This document shows, piece after piece, positions 32,909-45,230 of a DNA stretch of 64,000 nucleotides; position 1 is the stretch's first letter; the number at the start of each line of letters is the position of its first letter. The notes under the pieces were generated by a model that worked only from the letters and a program-made list of their open reading frames with translations, had not been told where the DNA came from and did no database searches. Source of the stretch: Vitrella brassicaformis CCMP3155 (lineage: Eukaryota > Protista > Chromerida). The position numbers and the translations under genes are program-made. The DNA is taken from positions 1 to 64,000 of the forward strand of contig CDMY01000424.1 of NCBI GenBank assembly GCA_001179505.1. The letters are read 5' to 3'.

Positions 32909-35129
32909 TCATCGTCTGGCCGGCAGCACAGGCGGTGGGTTGTCGTGCTCCAGACGCTCGATGCCAAGCAGCTTGAGTGCCCACTTTTCATAGTAGGGGT
33001 CCGTGTCGCCCGTGTAGACCTTAAACAGGAAGTACTGCACGGCACGGCGGTGGGACACGCAAAGGAAAAAGATGAGGGCACGGCACCGACATAGATAGAC
33101 ACTACATTGTGTCTGTGTGCCTGTGTGTACCTTCTCGAAGGCGATCTTGGCGAGTTGCGCCCACTTGCCCCGGCTGTGCCACGCCACGTTCCTTGGTGGA
33201 AGCTGGGGAAGAGCCAGGAAGACAGCCCCTTCGTCGCCGAAGTCAGTGATACACAACGCATTGAGCGACGGGATCTCCTTGGCCTCCTCGCCGCACATCA
33301 GAGAACCTATGTTGTGTGCCGTTGCCGTACCCATCGTCTCTATCATGTAACTGACAGGCAGAGGAAGCAACACATGGAATGAATGAATGAATGAACGCGC
33401 TTTGGGTCTTTCCTTTCTCACCCACCCGGTCTTGGGTGCTCCCGTGGCGACCGGCGTGGTCTCGACGGGCGGGATGGCGGTAGCCACACCAACGACGAAG
33501 ACATTCTTGAATGCGGGGTTCTGCTGCATGGCGTTGCACAGCACGCACCCCTTGGCGTTGGTCAGCCCCAACTCGGCAAGCTTGGGGTTTTTGAGGAACC
33601 CCACGCCCTCAAAGGGAGGAATGAAAACGCCATAATCGAAGGGGAGATCGTGCTTCATGGGCGGGTCGGAGGACGCCTGGCGCTCGGGCAGCTGCGTGAG
33701 ATGGACTGTGTCGGGTGAAACCTCATCGATGTGGGCGTTGGTAATCCACTTGATGTCGCGCTCCCGGAACAGACTCTCAATCAGACCTGATGGATGACAC
33801 AAACAACGAAACAACGATCTCTGTGCCCTCAGCTGGTCCCGGGCGTCTTACATGCGTACGTACCTTTGCTGTCGCCAACACCTCCCAATCCCAGGTGGCC
33901 CACATATGGTTCAGAGCTCACTGACACGCACGGAAGCGCACCAACGCGAGCATCGGATGGAAGGGATGTGCACATCATGGTGGTGCCTACCGTAAGTAAT
34001 AGGGACGTATTTTCTCAGCTTCTTTTTTCGCAGCTCGTTGTCCATTATCATTGCGTGCTCGTATGCCGGCCCAAAGCACGACGCCCCCGGCGCTGCGCCA
34101 ACCACTATAGCGCCCTTCTTCTCCCGGGCCACTTTGTCACAAAAGGCATCCCACTTCTCAGCGGCCTTTTCAGCGTGCTCGCCGTTGCAGATCGACTCCG
34201 TGTAGAAGGCCGGTCCGAGACCTTTCACCTGGTCAAAGGCCAAGCGAGGGCCTGTTGCAACCACCTGACACCAAGGCAGCGAATGCGAAAGCGTTTGAAG
34301 GCTGCCTGCACTGCCTTTGAGAGCGTGTGTGTGGCAGAGCCACGGCCGTAGCGATGCACCAGGTAGTCGTAGTCAATCTGCTGCAGGTCCTCGGGTGCCC
34401 CCTCGCCCATGTCCCTGACGTAGAGGCGGTTGTCGGACGGCTCGAGCCGCTCAACGCTCGCGTGGCGGAAGTTGATGCCCTTCCTGTTCAACACACTGCC
34501 CAAGTCGAGCCTGATCTCATCTTTGGTCCTCGTACGCACCGCTACCCTGGCACACAGGCATATCGATTGGCGGCAGCGAAACCATGAGTGTGTGGGTCAC
34601 GTCACTTGGTGTGCTTACCATGGGCACGAGGGCGTGAATTCAAAGTACGGGCGGCTTGACAGGAGCGTGAGGGACACAGGGCGGCCATTGAGGGCCGCCT
34701 GGCGTTCCTTGACCACACCCATTATGTCGAATGCAGTGGACACGCCACCAATCCCCCCACCCACGACGACTATTTTGATGGGCTCCATGCCGCCAGCAAC
34801 GTCGACAGGAGCATCAGGCGTCGCCACTGACGTCGACGCGCTGCTCGACAGGCGATGACGGACAGAGGGCCTCGGCACAATAGACGACTGCACACACACA
34901 ACAGGGAGAGCGTGAAGGTTGCAAATGCAAGCATGCACGCACGCGTGACCCTCGCAGCACCCACCAGCAGCAAACCCAGCCTCACCTTAGCTGCGGGTGG
35001 TTCGCCCTGCGCACCACCGTCTCTGCCACGGAATCTCCAGGGCTGGTGATGCGATGAGAAGGATGGATGAGCAGTGAAAGCTGCCGTCGAGTGCCACAGT
35101 GTCATCACTGCCAAGCAGAATAGCACCAT
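32909..35129 (-). CDS. sqr: Type I sulfide:quinone oxidoreductase with N-terminal signal peptide plus transit-like peptide
   Basis: IVVVGGGIGG, FTPSCPW, ESICNGEHA, GASCFGPAYE, SSEPYVGHLGLGGVGDSK, APKTG|YMIE, LNALCITDFGD, PQLPPRNV, GKWAQLAKIAFEK|YF; all three type I cysteines are present. In-frame upstream ATGs also exist at 35177 and 35330. Confidence 0.92.
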
Positions 35130-35382
35130 GCCGCCAGCAGAGTGGCGGGGCCGGTCAGTCTTGCGCTTTCTCGCCATCAGCAGGCTCTCTGGGAAGCCGA
35201 ATGGAGTAAGCTGCTGGTCCAGAGAAGCCTGTTGGACTTGTTGGACCCGGGAAGAGATCTGCTGCTCTAAGCTCGCAAACGTTGGGACAACGCCCAGAGA
35301 ATCGTTTCCGGGCTGGGCGTCGCTTTTCATCACTTCCGACAGCCCAAGTGAAGAACATCATCGCCTGATTCATCAAAACAAG

Positions 35383-38300
35383 ATGGCGAGAGGAAGCCCT
35401 CATGTCACTCCCAGATCTGGGACGAAGATAGTAGGCATGCATTGCTGTTCGTGTGTTGTTGACAAGCCAGAGCTGGCCAATGGGGCCGACAATTCATCGG
35501 GTCGTGCCACACGTGTGTCGGTGTGTGGTGCAGGTTATTATTGGAGGCGTGGCTGGAGGGGCCACTGCGGCTGCTCGACTCCGACGCCTCGATGAGAACT
35601 GTCAAATCGTTATGTTTGAGCGCGGTGAGGAAAAAAAAGAGGCGGGCCGCATGCAGACGAGGGCCACTGACCGATCGGTGTTCGCGTTGCTTTTAGGGCC
35701 GTACGTGAGCTTCGCCAACTGTGGACTCCCGTAGGCACCAAGGGGCGGACACACGCACATACACAGAGGGTGTGGTGTGCTGTTTGTCTTACCACAGTTA
35801 CTACGTGGGTGGCATCATCGAGAAGGCCGATGACCTGCTGGTGACCACACCCATGCGGCTGGTCCATCGATACAACGTAGGCATGACACCAGAGAGAGAG
35901 AGAGAGAGAGAACGTGGGTCGTGTTGACATTCAAACCGGTTTGTCTGTCTGTGTGTGTGTGTGTGGTCAGGTCGATGTCCGCATCCAGACGGAGGTGATT
36001 GGCATCGACGCCACAAACAAGACCGTCAAGGCTAAACACATCTCTTCAGGTACAGTAGGAGGAGCACCATCGGGACCAATCTCTCTCCATATCCATCCAT
36101 CGTGCACTCACGTGTGTGTGGTCACCGTCAACCAGGCGAGATGTACGAGGAGACGTACGACTATGTGCTCCTGTCCCCCGGTGCCGAGCCGATCCGTCCG
36201 CCGCTTCCCGGCATCGACCTGGGTGGCGTCTTCTCTGTGCGGTCGATCCCCGACGTGCAGCGCATCGTCAGCTGGTGCAAGGACCCGTCGCGCGCTGAGC
36301 GCCTCAAGAAGGGCACTGCCGTCGTGGTTGGCGGCGGCTTCATCGGACTCGAGGTACACACACCGTGACCACCCTGCCGTGTGCATCAGTTTGTATACGG
36401 ATGGGTTTGTTTCTGTGAGTGTGCAGATGGCGGAGAATTTGGACCATCTGGGCATGAAAGTCGTGGTGGTAGAAATGCTCCCACAGGTGGGCGGGTGGGC
36501 GGACACAGGAGAGGGCACGTGTGGCTGTCTTCCTGTGATGTGTTTCCCACCGTCTGTGTGGATCAGTTGATGCCCCCACTCGATTATGAGGTGCATGATA
36601 CACACACCGACGGCACAGCCACTGTGGATCGGCGAAAGGAGGCATTTGTGCGTCGTGTGCTTGTGTTGTGTGTGCAGATGGCAGTGACGGTTCAGGAGCA
36701 TGTCATTCGTCGCGGCGTGGAGTTGTGTCTCGGAGATGGTGTGGCTGGTTTTGAGCAGATCGACAACACTGACAGGTCAGACCATCTGCAGCCCACCTAA
36801 AGTGGCGCACTTGCGGATTCAGTGTGGCTATGTGTCCTTGGCAGGCTGACCGTCAAGACCAGCAGTGGGCGCGCAATTCCCTGTGATTTGGCCATCCTGT
36901 CTATCGGCGTCAAGCCTGAGAGCAAACTCGCGCAGATGGCCGGACTCAAACTGGTACGAACACGACACACCTTCGTGCAGCCAGCCTGTCTCTCCGTCTG
37001 TGCGTGTGTGGCTCCACCAGGGTTTCCGGGGCTCCATCATCACTGACGAGCGGATGCGCACGTCAGACCCTTCAATCTATGCGGTTGGCGATGCCGTGCA
37101 GATCAAGGATTTCGTCCTGAAGGTCGACACCCTGGTGCCGCTGGCTGGTCCCGCCAATCGGCAAGCCCGCGTGGCGGCCGACAACATGATGGGCCGAACG
37201 GAGAGCACCTACCGTGGGTGCCAGGGCACGGCCGTGTGTGGTGTGTTTGGGTGGACGCTGGCCATGACGGGCGCCACGCAAAAGACACTCGACAGGCACA
37301 ACTACGGGTCAGTGAGGGTAGCACAATGGATGGATGGATGCGGCACAGCAACACGGACAGATGGATGGACGCAAGTGCGTGTGGATGGATGGTGCGGGCA
37401 GGTCCTACGGCTGTGTTTATGCCCACCCACTCAATCACGTCGGGTAGGAACAGACACACGATCCATTCATTCACTGACTGCTGGTGAGGGGGGCGCTGCT
37501 TGATGACTTACTGACACGTCAGCTACTACCCGGGTGCCAAGAGCGTCCACATCAAACTGGTCTTCGACACCAAGACACGCAAAGTGCTCGGCGCACAGGT
37601 GAGGGAGGGGGGGAGGGAGGGAGGGAGGGAGGGAGCGAGGCATGCAGATGGGTAGAGAGGTGCGGGATCTGCATATGGCCGGACGTCTGTGGGATTGCTG
37701 GTTGGCTGCTGCAGGCGTGTGGTGTGAGTGGAGTGGAGAAGCGCATCGACGTGCTGTCGACGTACATCCAGATGGGCGCCACAGTGGACGACCTGGCTGA
37801 GGCCGAACTGTGCTATGCCCCACAATATGGCGCTGCCCGCGACCCCATCAACCACATAGGGATGATTGCACAGAACTTCCTCGAGGGCGACTACGCGCCT
37901 CAGTCAACGCCAGGTGGGGTGGGGCGCCTGATGTGAGTGACCCCAAACCACTCCCTCACACACCATCAGCCATCTGGGCTCTGACGATGTTGTGTCTTCA
38001 GAGACGCTCAAGGAGGGTATCATCCTCGACGTTAGAAGGTGTGAAGACATCCACAAGGCAGCAAGCAAGAAAGAATGAATCATTGTCGGTGTGCGCGTGC
38101 GTGTATCGGTTGGTTGGCGGTATGTCCGTGTATGCAGCGACAAGGAGATCGACAAGACGCACGAGAAGATTGAGCACTCCATAAGGGTGCCACTCGACTT
38201 CCTCAGAGCCAAAATCGATGAGCTGCCCAAGGGCACACCCATACACGTACACAACACACCCACACACACACACACACAGGGGGCGAGACAGCCCTCGCTC

Positions 38301-40263
38301 AACTCATTCGTTCCTCTCTGTCGGCTGTGTTTGTCGTCCATCCATGCACGATTCAGACTGTGTGTCGGGCGGGCCAGCGTGCCTACGTGGCTTGCAGGAT
38401 CCTCCGACAGCTGGGATACAACGCATCGTAAGCNNNNNNNNNNNNNNNNNNNNNNNNNNNNNNNNNNNNNNNNNNNNNNNNNNNNNNNNNNNNNNNNNNN
38501 NNNNNNNNNNNNNNNNNNNNNNNNNNNNNNNNNNNNNNNNNNNNNNNNNNNNNNNNNNNNNNNNNNNNNNNNNNNNNNNNNNNNNNNNNNNNNNNNNNNN
38601 NNNNNNNNNNNNNNNNNNNNNNNNNNNNNNNNNNNNNNNNNNNNNNNNNNNNNNNNNNNNNNNNNNNNNNNNNNNNNNNNNNNNNNNNNNNNNNNNNNNN
38701 NNNNNNNNNNNNNNNNNNNNNNNNNNNNNNNNNGGATGGATGGTGCGGGCAGGTCCTACGGCTGTGTTTATGCCCACCCACTCAATCACGTCGGGTAGGA
38801 ACAGACACACGATCCATTCATTCACTGACTGCTGGTGAGGGGGGCGCTGCTTGATGACTTACTGACACGTCAGCTACTACCCGGGTGCCAAGAGCGTCCA
38901 CATCAAACTGGTCTTCGACACCAAGACACGCAAAGTGCTCGGCGCACAGGTGAGGGAGGGGGGGAGGGAGGGAGGGAGGGAGGGAGCGAGGCATGCAGAT
39001 GGGTAGAGAGGTGCGGGATCTGCATATGGCCGGACGTCTGTGGGATTGCTGGTTGGCTGCTGCAGGCGTGTGGTGTGAGTGGAGTGGAGAAGCGCATCGA
39101 CGTGCTGTCGACGTACATCCAGATGGGCGCCACAGTGGACGACCTGGCTGAGGCCGAACTGTGCTATGCCCCACAATATGGCGCTGCCCGCGACCCCATC
39201 AACCACATAGGGATGATTGCACAGAACTTCCTCGAGGGCGACTACGCGCCTCAGTCAACGCCAGGTGGGGTGGGGCGCCTGATGTGAGTGACCCCAAACC
39301 ACTCCCTCACACACCATCAGCCATCTGGGCTCTGACGATGTTGTGTCTTCAGAGACGCTCAAGGAGGGTATCATCCTCGACGTTAGAAGGTGTGAAGACA
39401 TCCACAAGGCAGCAAGCAAGAAAGAATGAATCATTGTCGGTGTGCGCGTGCGTGTATCGGTTGGTTGGCGGTATGTCCGTGTATGCAGCGACAAGGAGAT
39501 CGACAAGACGCACGAGAAGATTGAGCACTCCATAAGGGTGCCACTCGACTTCCTCAGAGCCAAAATCGATGAGCTGCCCAAGGGCACACCCATACACGTA
39601 CACAACACACCCACACACACACACACACAGGGGGCGAGACAGCCCTCGCTCAACTCATTCGTTCCTCTCTGTCGGCTGTGTTTGTCGTCCATCCATGCAC
39701 GATTCAGACTGTGTGTCGGGCGGGCCAGCGTGCCTACGTGGCTTGCAGGATCCTCCGACAGCTGGGATACAACGCATCGTAAGCAGACAGACAGACCCAC
39801 CGCACTGACTCACCCTAAGTAGTTTCGATCCGTGCAACCTTCCTTCCCTCTCTGGTTGATGTTGGAATGGATGGATGCCTGCAGGTACGTGAATGGCGGG
39901 TGGCACACGTGGAAGGTAAGTAAGACGCCCAGGCTGGCAGGCAGGCAGGCAGGGACGACAGGAGATGCTAATGCGTTCTCACCCACCGACTTGCTGTGTC
40001 CATGTGTCTTTGCATAGGTACTCAACCTCCCGCTCGACAAGCTGTGCGAACGCCCAGAGGCACCTGACGATGACGAGTCCTTCCCAAAAAGCTGGGGTGC
40101 CGACATTGAGCTGAGTGGTAAGACAAACAGCACACCACACCCTCTGTGTATGTGCGTGTGTCCGCCCCTTGGTGCTGCCTACGTGTACGTCTGTCTGTTT
40201 GTGTGCGTCTTGTTGATTGCAGGCAAGGATTGCCATGACATGGTCTACCGACGCATTTGGTGA
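35383..40263 (+). CDS. CoA-disulfide reductase-rhodanese fusion (Npsr/CoADR-RHD type persulfide reductase); 3' part duplicated around an assembly gap
   Basis: KI|VIIGGVAGGATAAARLRR, SFANCGLP|YY, VVGGGFIGLE, YAVGDA, LAGPANRQAR, YYPGA, LCYAPQYG; rhodanese ILDVR...CRAGQRAYVACRIL...NGGWHTW. The last exon is uncertain. Confidence 0.92.
37383..39784. repeat. Apparently exact 1.05-kb duplication (37383-38433 = 38734-39784) flanking a 300-N gap
   Basis: Identical ORF translations at a constant 1351-bp offset; most likely a contig-overlap artefact. Confidence 0.85.
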
Positions 40264-41223
40264 TGAATGGGGAGGCAGGCATGATTTTTGGCTGACTGCT
40301 CTCCAGGGACAGTTGGGTGGGTGGGTGGATGAGTGGGCGCCACTCACTGGGTGGCTCAGGACTTTGAGCTGTGGGCGCATGGCTGCCTTGGGTGGGTGCT
40401 GTGGGTGCGTGATGGGATGCTGTGCATGCCCCTGCATGCAGGCAGCAGGCTAAGCGGAGAGTGCGTGGGAGGGGGTGGGTGGGTGGGTGACGGTCTTCTT
40501 TCTCTGCACTATTTTTCGTTAGCTTCATTGGGTGACATACATACGTAAAACATACAACCAACAACAGCGTGATGCTCTTGATGATGTTCGCAGAGTCACT
40601 CATTCAGTAACGTACGTATTCAGTAGGTACGTACGTACCGAAGCCATCAAGACATACATACCCAAGCCGGCAAACACCATCCACTCAGTCAGTTCGACTC
40701 AACCACGGTGGACGACACATCCATCGATGGCGCACAGTGAAACCTGCTAGAAAGGGTCAGGGAGTGGCGTATGTGAACGAGCCACTGAGCTGCTTCTGAG
40801 CTATGCACACTCTCGCTCATGATTCATGCATAGGGCGACCACCCATGGACATGTTCTTTTCGGCGGATATGCGATGCCGCTGCTAGGCGTACAGTGCCCA
40901 CAGCTACCCCACCCGCCACTCGCCCTCCCTGTTCTCGAGCTTTCTCTTCTTCCCCCGCGTCGTCTCTCTCTCTGCAAGCAGAGCCGCCGGCTGCCGCATC
41001 ATCTGCCGAAGATGACAACGCCGCCCTGATTGCCAAGCGGGAAGCCGAGGAGGCCGACTATCGGTATGCCGTGATGTTCCAAGAAAAGGCTGATGATGGA
41101 TGAGTTGGCAGCCGAGCTTCACAGTGAGGGTCGAACAGAACCGGGCGTAACGACCGTTGTACCGTACAGCCACATGTAAATCTGGTGTGATTTCTGGCGT
41201 ATATATTTCCCAGTTCAGTGACG

Positions 41224-42933
41224 ATGCCGCGGCTGTGTGTGGCCCTCTTCCTCCTTGCATCGGCTGCCTTCGCCGCAATCGACTTCCTCCCCACTGCCGA
41301 TCAGAACGGTAAGCCACGCGGTGTTCTCTCTTGACAACATCCTTGTTGAGCCTTGTGCTTTCTCAGGTGTCAGTGACCATGAGGTCTGTATTATCGGCGC
41401 CGGCCCCTCAGGCGTGGGCGCGGCTCACCACCTCGTGCAAAAGGGCTACTCCAACATCCTGATGCTGGAAAAGCTCGACAGAATCGGCGGCAAATGCAGG
41501 GACATCGAGCGAGTGGACAACGCGAACGGAAAGCCCGTCAACCGCACCTACCCCCTCGGTCAAATTGTCATCATACGGGACTACGAAGAGATCCGCGAGC
41601 TCGCCGACATCTACGGTCAGAAATTCGAACTGTTCGCGTTGGGTGTGCCGCAAGACTTCTACGTCGACTTCAACGCCAAACCGCTGTTCACCCCTGCTCC
41701 ACCCTCATGGCCCACCATCGCCAGCTTCAGCCCCCTCGAACTCAACAGCATCGAGGACATCGAGGAGATCACGGTGGCCCTCACCGCCGCTACGGCGTAT
41801 ACGGCCATATGGAAGTCTTACGTCGCCATTGACGAGAAGACCGGCGAGCCGGATCCAAAGCGACCTCTCGGCGATGAGCCGACTCTTTCATCCATCGACT
41901 TCGACCGCTACCCAGAGCTTGCCGACCCGGCCAACAAGTTCATTGCAGACCGCTTCACAGAGTACGGCCTCGGTCCGAAGCACATCGAGTTCATGCAGAG
42001 AGCCCAATTCCCGCTGGAAGCGTCCGGCTACCTTTCTGCCGATTTCACTCCGATGGCGTATTTCTTCAAGGCCTTCACGCCACCTCTGCTGGTGGAGGGT
42101 GTATTGGGCACCATTCAAAGAATAGTCGGAGGCTGTACAGCGCTTCTGGAGGCCATGGTGGACACGCTGTCTGCCAAGGGAAAGCTAGAGGTCTTGCTCA
42201 GTGCGGAGATCGTCAACACTGTGCGAGAGCCCGATCAGCCGTCACTGGTCCAGCTGTCGGACGGCACTGAAAGAACCTGCGATCGGATCATCGTAGCGTT
42301 TCCTCAGATCACGGCGGACATGCAGTTTTTGGACTTGGACGAGGAGGAGAGCGATGTGTTCGGGAGAGTTTTCATCGCGCCATACGCCTCCACGCTTCTG
42401 GACTTCTCGTACGAGAAAATGCCCAATACCAAGAGCTCCAGGCTATATGGCAATCTCGATACGTCGGTCGAGCCTCACGCTTATCGATCAGTCGTCGGTA
42501 AAGGCCAGCCGGCGGTGATAGCCGCACCTTACGGTTCGCAGGCAGGAGCCGGCCTTCTGATCTACCAGAGTTATGATCGACAGCAGGGACTTTGGAACGA
42601 GACGCTTAAGCAGGACAGCGTGCAGATCGTGACGGACATGTTCTTCGACGGCGATGCGAGTGAGTACAAGGCCAACTTGACCGAAGTCGACTTTTGGACC
42701 TACGTGAGTATTCATTCAAAGGGAGAGGGACCCCATCATCTGTTCACACTTTGTATCCTTCCTGCATGCAGTTTCCCCACGTGAGTGGCGAAGAGATGCG
42801 GGCGGGCTTCTACCAACGGCTGGAGGCGCTGCAGGGCAACAGGAAGACCTACTTCACAGGCGGGCTGTGCAACTTCGACACCCTCGAGCTTTCCATGCTC
42901 TACAGCCGACACCTGGTTAAGACATACTTCTGA
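41224..42933 (+). CDS. Secreted FAD-dependent oxidoreductase, polyenoic/linoleic fatty acid isomerase-like (PAI/PFI family)
   Basis: Signal peptide MPRLCVALFLLASAAFA; VCIIGAGPSG, LEKLDRIGGKC; C-terminus WTY|FPHVSGEEMRAGFYQRLEALQGNRKTYFTGGLCNFDTLELSMLYSRHLVKTYF resembles P. acnes PAI. Two introns. Confidence 0.75.
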
Positions 42934-45230
42934 GTTTGCATGACAGCGCCCACTCGCTACCAGAGAAAAGGTACGCATGCTCACACACACACACACACAC
43001 ACACTCATATAGATCCGTGTCTCACATACTTGTCATCTGTCTCTCTCTCTCTGCGCCTGTGTGTATGGGGTAGATTTGGAGTTTTATGACATCATTCTTG
43101 ATCCAGATGAGACAGAGGGCGTTTTGCTCCGGCCAGATGTGTGTGTGTGTGTGTGTGTGTGTGTGAGCAGCCCCCCGATAGGGGACGCTCGATTTAGTTG
43201 CGCACCGACACAGGATTGGGAGCCTCTTTTGAGGCCCCGCAACTCCTGTGCCGGGGACCAGGGCGGTCATGCCGGCAGTTCCCTGGATTTGTTCGGGAGG
43301 GGGGGGCCCCCCTGGATGGAGGGCGATGGTTTGCATGCATAGCATGCTGCCGGTGCCCAACCACCCTTGTTCTGCTTTGTTTTCTTGGTTGTGTCTCTTT
43401 CGTTCTCATGTCTCTTGTTTGTCTGCCTCGTGTCTCATGTTTGCCTGTCTTTTCGGGGTGTTTTTCCGTGCATGTGTCTGTGATCGTCCTTCCTGCCTTC
43501 TGTTTGTTTTCTTTACCTCAGTCCTTGTTTGTTTGTTTGTTTGTTTGTTTGTTCACAAGACATTCTCACTTCAACCGTTCTCATGCGGCCCCCTCATGGC
43601 TTGCCTGTCCATTATGGTGTGGGTTTGGTTGGTGCTGAAGGCCTACCTGTTTGATAGAGGTGCTGACCGGGCTGGACCGCGGATGTGTGTGTGATACCCC
43701 GCCACCGTTCGTGTGGCTGCAGACACACAGGGATGGCTCTGGTCGGTCTTTCTTTAAAGCTTTCGTGCACCCCTTTTTTACCTCTCTGCGTACGTACACC
43801 TGTGTGTGGGTGTGTGCGGGTGTGTGTGGGTGTGTGCGTGTATACATGTGGTCAACATGTGTGCACGCACTTCTCTCTCTGTTTCTGGCCCATGTGTCTC
43901 TCTCGGTGCCACTTCGTGTGTGTCAGTATGTATGATGCATGTGCATAGCTCTTGATGTGATGGTGGACGATGCCTAGCAGCAGGTACTGGTCGCTGGCCT
44001 TCTCTGTGGGCCCGGGCTGCTGATGGTCTGCGGTTGGTTGGTTGGTTCAGGTTCATGTGCCTGGCTGCTGAGAGAGGCCCCGTCCGTTGTCTCCCTGCAT
44101 GTGTGCATGTTTGCATGTGTGTGTCTCTGTGTGTGTGTGATGCCTCCCTCGGACAAGACAGTTGTCGAAAGGATGCATGCATGCATGAGTGGATGTGTGT
44201 CTGATAGCTGGGGAGGTGAGTGAGGTCAGGCGGGGCCTCGTATGTATTGATTGTGTCTTTTGTGGGCGGTGTGGTGATGCAATTCATACATAATGATAGC
44301 CAATCCGTTGCGACTGACTTGAGACGCCTAATATATCTTTTGAGGTGCTCGCCCACACATACATACATACATACACCGCACCCGCTCGCCCGCCCGCCCG
44401 CCTCGTCCACTAAAAAGTGACGACCGGCCGGCTGGCTGGCTGCCGTGATTGATTGATGGGTGGATGCGTACATATATACATACAGACATAAATACCCCCA
44501 CCCTTTTGTCCGTGTGTTGCATGTGTGTACGTGTCATGTGTGTGTACTTTCTCTCTCTCCGTGCCGTGCTACTTTTGCAAGCTTGTAGCGATCTTGCCTG
44601 TCTCTCTGCCTGCCAGGAAGGAGGGCCCGACCTACATACATACATACATGTCTGTCCGTCTCTCTGTCTGTCTGTCTGTCTGGCTGGCTGTTTTCAGGCT
44701 GAATTATACAAGGGGGCAGAGGGCCGGACGGGAAGGAAAGGCAGAGCACAGCCACCCCACCAGAGAGACCCCCGCACACAATACACACACCGCACGAAAT
44801 AGCGTACGTACATACTGGCAGACAGGCACTACCCATCCCTCCCCCATACCCACACAAACACGGCTCTCATTAGAGCAGCCGCATAGCAGCACCGAAATCG
44901 ATTGGGGTAGTTGTGGGTGGGGATGGGTCGTGAACTTCTCCATCGACCTGTGTGCATGTTTTGTGGGTGTGTTGGTGCGTCGTACGGTGGTGCATGTTGT
45001 GTGTGTGTGTGCCTGCCTTTAAGCCGACTTCGTCGCTCGCTTCTCTTGGCTGGGGGAGTGGAGGAGAGGAGGCCCCAATCGATGGCCATCTCGTTCACTC
45101 AACCGCCCGCAGCCGACTGACCTCACCTCATCTCACCTATCTGTCTGTCATGTCAGCGGCCCTCCTGGCTGTCTCTTTCCCTGCCTTTCCCTACATGTGT
45201 TGATGGATGTTCGTATGTGTGGGGGGTCTT

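Noticed and set aside
37383-39784. Apparent tandem duplication of the reductase C-terminus/rhodanese domain
   Set aside because: Copies appear identical, including introns, and flank a fixed 300-N gap, which is typical of unmerged contig overlap.
40894-41103. Possible terminal exon (...AALIAKREAEEADYRYAVMFQEKADDG*)
   Set aside because: Looks coding, but I could not link it to an upstream start or a known domain, so it is left uncalled.
32909-42933. Bacterial contamination as the source of the SQR, reductase and isomerase genes
   Set aside because: All carry spliceosomal introns with the same microsatellite style as neighbouring eukaryotic genes such as IFT22.
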